A stretch of DNA of 62,426 nt, counting the filler, from Nitrospirae bacterium CG2_30_53_67 (GTDB lineage: Bacteria > CG2-30-53-67): assembly GCA_001873285.1 (NCBI GenBank). It is 7 parts of 7 records of this genome, joined end to end, with 100 filler letters (N's around TTAATTAATTAA, not from the genome) between each part and the next. Parts side by side here need not be neighbours in the genome. Positions count along the whole stretch, not along the records: positions 58,713 to 62,426 come from MNYV01000169.1; 6 more parts are not named here. One strand, 5' to 3'. The notes below the pieces were generated by a model, which saw nothing but the letters and a program-made list of their open reading frames with translations, was not told the DNA's origin and did no database searches. Both the position numbers and the translations under genes were made by a program. Positions within the stretch are counted from its first letter, which is position 1. Each line of letters starts with the position of its first letter. Positions 58,713-62,426 of the stretch are shown in pieces.

Positions 58713-58903
58713 GCTTTTTAAAAACTCAAGGGTCCGATGGGTCAAGGGGCTTAGGGTCCAAGTGAAAAGCATAGAAAAAACTGAAAGGTAACAGAAATCA
58801 AAAAAACCACTTGAATCCTTGAACCCTGGAACCCTTGAACCCTGGATCTCTATAGGTTCTTGAATCCTCGAACCCTTTTTACCCACTATATGGGAGAAGA
58901 CCC
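58713..58903 (+). mobile_element. Element A, right part (cut by gap)
   Basis: Inverted 8-mer tracts and the end tttttacccactatatgggagaagaccc. Confidence 0.72.
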
Positions 58904-58933
58904 AAAAATAATTAATAATTTGATCTTTTAAAC

Positions 58934-58962
58934 TTGACATTTTTCTTTAAATTTTCTATAAA
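58934..58962 (+). promoter_or_regulatory. sigma70 promoter of rplM-rpsI-argC-argJ
   Basis: TTGACA-17 bp-TATAAA. Confidence 0.7.
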
Positions 58963-58999
58963 TACTAATTCTGATTCTGTTAATTGGAAGGAGTTTTTC

Positions 59000-59431
59000 A
59001 TGAAAACCTATATGGCCAAAAAGGAAGAACAGTCCCGGAAATGGTATATTCTCGACTTACAGGATGCCGTTTTGGGGCGAATTGCAACACGGATCGCCAT
59101 GATTCTGAGCGGGAAAAACAAGCCCACTTACTCTCCTCACGTGGATACCGGGGATTTTATGATCCTCACCAATGCGGACAAGGTCCGCTTAACCGGCGAT
59201 AAAATGGAGAAGAAGATCTATTATCATTATTCAGGTTACCAGGGCGGATTGAAGCGGATCACGGCCGGGAGGCTCCTCGAGACTCACCCGGAACGCCTCA
59301 TCATCCATGCCGTACGCGGGATGCTTCCCAAAAACCGGCTGGGACGAGCCATGCTGAAAAAGCTGAAGGTCTATGCCGGGCCTCATCACCCGCATGAGGC
59401 GCAGAAACCTGAACAGATTACGCTGACATAA
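59000..59431 (+). CDS. rplM: 50S ribosomal protein L13
   Basis: [47 protein letters not shown]. Confidence 0.98.
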   Translation: MKTYMAKKEEQSRKWYILDLQDAVLGRIATRIAMILSGKNKPTYSPHVDTGDFMILTNADKVRLTGDKMEKKIYYHYSGYQGGLKRITAGRLLETHPERLIIHAVRGMLPKNRLGRAMLKKLKVYAGPHHPHEAQKPEQITLT

Positions 59432-59449
59432 CAGGGGAGGTTTTGTTTT

Positions 59450-59845
59450 ATGGATCAAGCACGTATTTATGCAACCGGAAGAAGAAAGAACGCCTCGGCC
59501 AGGGTTTATCTGTCGGAAGGTCCCGGCAAGGTGATCATCAACCGCATGGATATGAAGGAATACCTCGGTGGACGTGAAACCCTGAGCATGATGGTCCATC
59601 AGCCTTTTGAATTGACGGAAACCCTCGGCAAGTTCGACGTCCTGGTCAATGTAGAAGGAGGGGGGGCATCCGGACAGGCAGGGGCCATCCGTCACGGCAT
59701 CTCCAAGGCCCTCTCCACGTTGGATGCCAAATACAAGGCCGTCCTGAAAAAGGCGGGCCTGCTGACGCGCGATCCCAGAAAAAAAGAACGGAAAAAGCCC
59801 GGCCAGCCCAAAGCAAGGAAGAAGTCCCAATACTCCAAACGTTAA
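59450..59845 (+). CDS. rpsI: 30S ribosomal protein S9
   Basis: [43 protein letters not shown]. Confidence 0.98.
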   Translation: MDQARIYATGRRKNASARVYLSEGPGKVIINRMDMKEYLGGRETLSMMVHQPFELTETLGKFDVLVNVEGGGASGQAGAIRHGISKALSTLDAKYKAVLKKAGLLTRDPRKKERKKPGQPKARKKSQYSKR

Positions 59846-59851
59846 AAACAG

Positions 59852-60892
59852 ATGATCAAAATAGCCATAGCCGGAGCCACGGGGTATACGGGTTCTGAAC
59901 TCTTGCGTCTGCTTTACCTGCACCCGGACGTTAGGGTCATCAGAATCACCTCGGAACAGCATAGCGGGGAGCGCCTCTCCGAGGTCTTTCCGCAGTTCGG
60001 AGATCTCATGGATCTCACCTATGAGACTCTAAACCCGGAAACCCTGGTCAAAGACGCGGATCTAATCTTTCTGGCCCTCCCTCATACCCTGTCCATGGAG
60101 ATCGTGCCGAGGATCCTGAAAAACGGAACCCCTTTGATAGACCTGAGCGCGGATTTCAGGCTCAAAGACGCCTCTCTCTACAAAACATGGTACCAAGTTG
60201 AACACACGGCCCCCGACCTCCTGGCCCGGTCGGTCTATGGTCTTCCGGAACTCTACAGGGATGCCATCGTTAAGACGCGGTTCCTGGCCAATCCGGGATG
60301 CTATCCTACCTGCGCCATCCTTGGGCTTGCGCCGCTCATCAAGGGAGGTTTCATCCAAAGACAAGGGATCGTCATTGACGCCAAGTCCGGTGTCTCCGGC
60401 GCAGGGAAGTCACCCAAGCCGCACCTGCATTTTCCAGAGGCCAATGAGTCCCTGGCCGCTTACCGGATCGGGGAGCACCAGCATACACCCGAAATCGAGC
60501 AGGAGATCTCCCGTCTTGCGGAGGAAAAAATCACGCTCAGTTTCACCCCCCACCTGATCCCTATGAACCGGGGGCTTCTCTGCACTTCCTACGGCATGCT
60601 GAACCGGAAGGTCTCCACCAAAGACATGGTGGAGACCTACAGGGCCTTTTACAGGGACGAGCCCTTTATCCGGATCCATCAAGACGGATCCCTGCCCAAT
60701 ACACGGGATGTGCGGGGGACCAACCGCTGCGACATCGGGCTCAAGGTGGATGACCGGACCGGCAGGGTCATTGTAGTCTCCGTCATTGACAATCTGGTCA
60801 AAGGAGCCTCAGGACAGGCGGTCCAGAACATGAATCTCATGATGGGAATCAGGGAAACAACCGGACTGGATCTTCCACCGCTCACCCCATGA
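59852..60892 (+). CDS. argC: N-acetyl-gamma-glutamyl-phosphate reductase
   Basis: GATGYTG, DLSADFRL, ANPGCYPT, SGVSGAG, HQHTPEI, DNLVKGASGQA. Confidence 0.97.
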   Translation: MIKIAIAGATGYTGSELLRLLYLHPDVRVIRITSEQHSGERLSEVFPQFGDLMDLTYETLNPETLVKDADLIFLALPHTLSMEIVPRILKNGTPLIDLSADFRLKDASLYKTWYQVEHTAPDLLARSVYGLPELYRDAIVKTRFLANPGCYPTCAILGLAPLIKGGFIQRQGIVIDAKSGVSGAGKSPKPHLHFPEANESLAAYRIGEHQHTPEIEQEISRLAEEKITLSFTPHLIPMNRGLLCTSYGMLNRKVSTKDMVETYRAFYRDEPFIRIHQDGSLPNTRDVRGTNRCDIGLKVDDRTGRVIVVSVIDNLVKGASGQAVQNMNLMMGIRETTGLDLPPLTP

Positions 60893-62142
60893 AGAAAGAC
60901 ACCATGCCGCCTCAGGTCCGATCTCGACATCGCACTCTGATCAAACCGGTCCGCGGAGGGATCACTGCGCCCGCAGGGTTCCTGGCCAATGCCGCGGCAT
61001 GCCGGATCAAAAAGGTTGATAAACCGGATCTCTGTCTGATCTTCTCTGAAGTCCCGGCTTCGGCCGCAGGGGTCTTCACGCGTAACCGGGCCGTGGCCGC
61101 GCCAATCCTCTGGACACGAAAGATCCTGCAGAGGCCGATCCTCAGGGCCGTCATCGCAAACAGCGGAAACGCCAACGCCTGCACCGGATTAAAAGGGCGC
61201 CATGATGCTGAAGCCATGGCCCTGCATGCCGCCGCCGCATTATCTATCCGCAAACAGGAGGTTGCCGTGGCCTCCACGGGTGTGATCGGTCTTCCTCTCC
61301 CCATGGACCGGATCATCCCCAAGATCCCGGGTCTTGCCAAGTCGCTCTCAAGATCCGGGGGCGCCCTTGCCGCCCGCGCCATCATGACCACGGATACACG
61401 GCCGAAAACCGCATCTTTCGAGTGGATGACAGGCGGGAGAAAAGTGCGTATCGGAGCCATGGCCAAAGGCTCCGGCATGATCCACCCCGACATGGCCACC
61501 ATGCTGGCCTTTGTGACGACCGATGCGGCCGTGAATCCGCAAACGCTCGCATCCGCCCTGAAAGAGGCCGTGGATGAATCCTTCAACCGGATCACGGTGG
61601 ATGGGGATATGAGCACCAATGACATGGTGCTGGTCCTCGCGAACGGGCTCTCCGGCGCCCGCATTCACAAGCGGAATCTCCTCTCATCCGGTTTTCAGCA
61701 GGCCCTCAATCAAGTCTGCCTCGGCCTCGCCCTCTCCATTGTAAAAGATGGAGAGGGAGCGACCAAATTCGTGACCATCCGGACCCTCCATGGGAAAAAC
61801 AAGAAGGACTGCATCACCATCGCCAGGAAGATCGCCTGTTCGAATCTGGTCAAGACCGCCCTTTTCGGAGAGGACGCCAACTGGGGAAGGATCATGGCCG
61901 CGGCGGGCGCATCCGGCGTCCCCATCCATCCGGAGAAGATCGATATCTTCTTCGATGAGATTCCCATGGTCCGGCGGGGCGAGGGACTGGGAACCCGGCA
62001 GGAAAAGAAGGCGGGCCGGATTCTCAGGAAGAAAGAGTTCGTGATCACCGTGGACCTTCACATGGGAACCTCCTCGGCCGAAATCTACACCACGGATCTC
62101 TCCCTCGATTATGTGAAGATCAACGCGGATTATCGCTCGTAG
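60889..62142 (+). CDS. argJ: Bifunctional ornithine acetyltransferase
   Basis: NSGNANA, STGVIG, IMTTDT, KGSGMIHPDMATML, DGDMSTND, DGEGATK, NWGRI. Confidence 0.97.
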   Translation: MKKDTMPPQVRSRHRTLIKPVRGGITAPAGFLANAAACRIKKVDKPDLCLIFSEVPASAAGVFTRNRAVAAPILWTRKILQRPILRAVIANSGNANACTGLKGRHDAEAMALHAAAALSIRKQEVAVASTGVIGLPLPMDRIIPKIPGLAKSLSRSGGALAARAIMTTDTRPKTASFEWMTGGRKVRIGAMAKGSGMIHPDMATMLAFVTTDAAVNPQTLASALKEAVDESFNRITVDGDMSTNDMVLVLANGLSGARIHKRNLLSSGFQQALNQVCLGLALSIVKDGEGATKFVTIRTLHGKNKKDCITIARKIACSNLVKTALFGEDANWGRIMAAAGASGVPIHPEKIDIFFDEIPMVRRGEGLGTRQEKKAGRILRKKEFVITVDLHMGTSSAEIYTTDLSLDYVKINADYRS

Positions 62143-62173
62143 CACATTTTTAATTCGATTTACATTCGATTTA

Positions 62174-62359
62174 GGGTCTGCGACAAAAATGCCTGTCCTC
62201 CGACTGGACAATCCATGGTTCGACAAGCTCACCATGACAATTGTCACCCTGAGCCTGTCGAAGGGTGGATTCCCCGATCAAGCCTGCCCTCGACTGCGAT
62301 CGGGGGTCGGGGAATGACGCTACCAGAGAAATATTTACCCATAAATTTGTCGCACACCC
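62174..62359 (+). mobile_element. Element B (nested-REP MITE), complete, with 9-bp flanking duplication
   Basis: TIRs gggtctgcgacaaa / tttgtcgcacaccc; ttcgattta at 62165-62173 and 62360-62368. Confidence 0.85.
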
Positions 62360-62426
62360 TTCGATTTACATCCCCTTGAAAATCTGTTATGATTTAATTG
62401 ATTTTTCATTGGAGTTTGAAATGGAT

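Overview
A 62.4-kb piece of a draft or metagenome-assembled bacterial genome. Gene content and order suggest a Desulfobacterota/Nitrospirota-like organism (inference). It consists of 7 contigs joined by six artificial 100-nt N44-TTAATTAATTAA-N44 linkers, so adjacency across the gaps is unproven. Housekeeping genes: pcm, atpF'FHAG, ssb (partial), PPi-dependent Pfk, a KhtT/KhtU-like antiporter, ftsEX-envC-ctpA, an RluD-like enzyme, hflX, selB (partial), rodA and rplM-rpsI-argC-argJ. Accessory content: (1) an 11-gene chemosensory cluster with a REC-GGDEF cyclase and an MCP carrying a C-terminal PhnD-like binding domain; (2) a large PKD/TSP3 surface protein behind a GEMM-I riboswitch with the A20 (c-AMP-GMP-type) substitution, with a sigma54 promoter pointing toward it across a gap; (3) prsK with no partner regulator in view; (4) the trailer end of a CRISPR array (37-bp repeats) that runs into a single type I-E-like repeat and a MITE; (5) a SNF2/DUF3883 helicase and AlbA_2 defence-type contig with an in-frame palindromic insertion; (6) at least four families of small non-autonomous repeats, one derived from a four-helix-bundle gene cassette; (7) several internally deleted pseudogenes. 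No cas, tRNA or rRNA genes were recognised. All family assignments are from motif recognition, not database searches.
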